DNA of 64,000 nucleotides from an uncultured Gemmatimonadaceae bacterium (GTDB taxonomy: Bacteria; Gemmatimonadota; Gemmatimonadetes; Gemmatimonadales; Gemmatimonadaceae), in contig CAWJMB010000002.1 in NCBI GenBank assembly GCA_963843845.1, positions 128,001 to 192,000 on the forward strand, given 5' to 3'. The position numbers and the translations under genes were made by a program. This document shows, in pieces, positions 62,901 to 64,000 of this stretch. How positions within the stretch are numbered: the first letter of the stretch is position 1; each line of letters starts with the position of its first letter. The notes below the pieces were generated by a model that had not been told where the DNA came from, searched no databases, and saw only the letters and a list, made by a program, of their open reading frames with translations.

Positions 62901-64000
62901 AGCGGAACCGCACCACGGCGCCGATCCACGGGCACCAGTCGGGGTCGACGTCGAGGCCGGCGCGGCGCACGAGCAGGTCGACGTCGTCGAGCGCGAGGCG
63001 GACGTCGATCCACGCCGGGTCGGCGACGATCTCCCCACGTCGGCGGCAGACGCGATCGAGCAGCGCCCGATCACGCTCGGCGGAGCGCGGCGCGTGGCCG
63101 TGGTCGCCCGGCAGCCGAGTGCCCAACGCCCCGACGAGCGTGTCGGCGAGCGCATCGATCGCGCGCTGCTCCGTCGCGCTCCACCCGTCGCCCGCCGTGT
63201 CGCTCGGCACCGTGTCGCTCGGCGGCGCGGCGCCGGGGGCGAGGCCGGCGAACGCGAGCGCCGCGGGGTCGTCGTCGCGCAGCCCCGCGAGCCGGACGGC
63301 GAGGCGATGCAGCACGGCGCGCGCCGGGCGGCCGCCTAACGCGTCGCTCGCGCAGATCGCAGCCGGGAGGTCGAGCGAGCGGACGAGGTGCAGCAGGAAC
63401 AGCACGCCGGCCGCGTCGGTGCGTCCCCGCGCACGGGCGTCGGCGGGTCGACCCACGGCGCCGTCGCGCTCCCCGCCGCCGACGACGTGCGTGCCTGACG
63501 ACGCGCGCGGTGCCCCGCTCGCCGCGTCGTCGCGGGCGCCGGTCGTGGCCGTCGCCTCGCGGCGCGGCGAACGTGACGCCGGTCGGGCGTCCGCGTCGCG
63601 GGTCGGACGAGCGCGGGGGTCGCGCGCCTTCCGCGGTGCGCGCGCCTCGGCGAACGAGCGGGCGAGCCGTGCGACGGACCGCGCCGCGCGCGCCGGCGCC
63701 GCGCGCCCGACCGACGGCTCGGCGCGCATGAGCACGAGTGCGGCGAGCGCGGCCGCGATCGAGCGCACGTCGCCGGGCGCGACGTGCGCCATCGCGGCAG
63801 CGGCCGCACGCGAGCAGGCGTCGTCGGCGAACGCATGGCGCGTGACGCGCGAGCCGTCGTCGAGCGCACGACCGTCTCGGTCATCGCCGAGCGCATCCCC
63901 GAGCGCGTCGCCGAGCGCATCGCCGACCGCCTCGTCGATTCGCCGCATCGATCCGCTCGGCACGCCGAGCGCGCGGGCGACGGCGAGAGCGAGCGTCGTC
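62893..64000 (-). CDS. eCIS-associated protein, possibly Afp14/tape-measure-like C-terminus (5' part outside window)
   Basis: AAGVLFLL, RRRGEI..DPAWIDV..RRAGLDVDPDWCPWIG.VVRFRY; overlaps ATPase start. Confidence 0.6.
   Translation of the reverse strand, partial: TTLALAVARALGVPSGSMRRIDEAVGDALGDALGDALGDDRDGRALDDGSRVTRHAFADDACSRAAAAAMAHVAPGDVRSIAAALAALVLMRAEPSVGRAAPARAARSVARLARSFAEARAPRKARDPRARPTRDADARPASRSPRREATATTGARDDAASGAPRASSGTHVVGGGERDGAVGRPADARARGRTDAAGVLFLLHLVRSLDLPAAICASDALGGRPARAVLHRLAVRLAGLRDDDPAALAFAGLAPGAAPPSDTVPSDTAGDGWSATEQRAIDALADTLVGALGTRLPGDHGHAPRSAERDRALLDRVCRRRGEIVADPAWIDVRLALDDVDLLVRRAGLDVDPDWCPWIGAVVRFRYV

Overview
High-GC bacterial chromosomal window; gene content and style suggest a Gemmatimonadota (Gemmatirosa-like) soil bacterium (inference). 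Bases 1-45 kb hold mixed metabolic and envelope genes: sthA, a cyclophilin, MFS transporters, several GNATs, a subclass B3 metallo-beta-lactamase, an AAC(6')-Ib-like acetyltransferase, a periplasmic PQQ/cytochrome c/NHL/HupE/DUF305/LVIVD cluster with dense frameshifts, and a split 3-ketoglycoside (GMC/DUF1080/Gfo/TIM-barrel) catabolic cluster. This part also carries several deletion-scarred gene relics and three families of REP-like palindromes. Bases 45.2-64 kb are the distal end of an extracellular contractile injection system (Afp/PVC-like) locus. It has an AAA ATPase, accessory genes and three DUF4157 effectors: two carry paralogous PD-(D/E)xK-like nuclease tips flanking one candidate immunity gene, and one carries a zinc-peptidase tip. 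Across the whole window the octamer CGTTAGGC occurs 18 times, always on the sense strand, and accounts for most of the TTA codons I saw. No rRNA, tRNA, CRISPR array or transposase was recognised.
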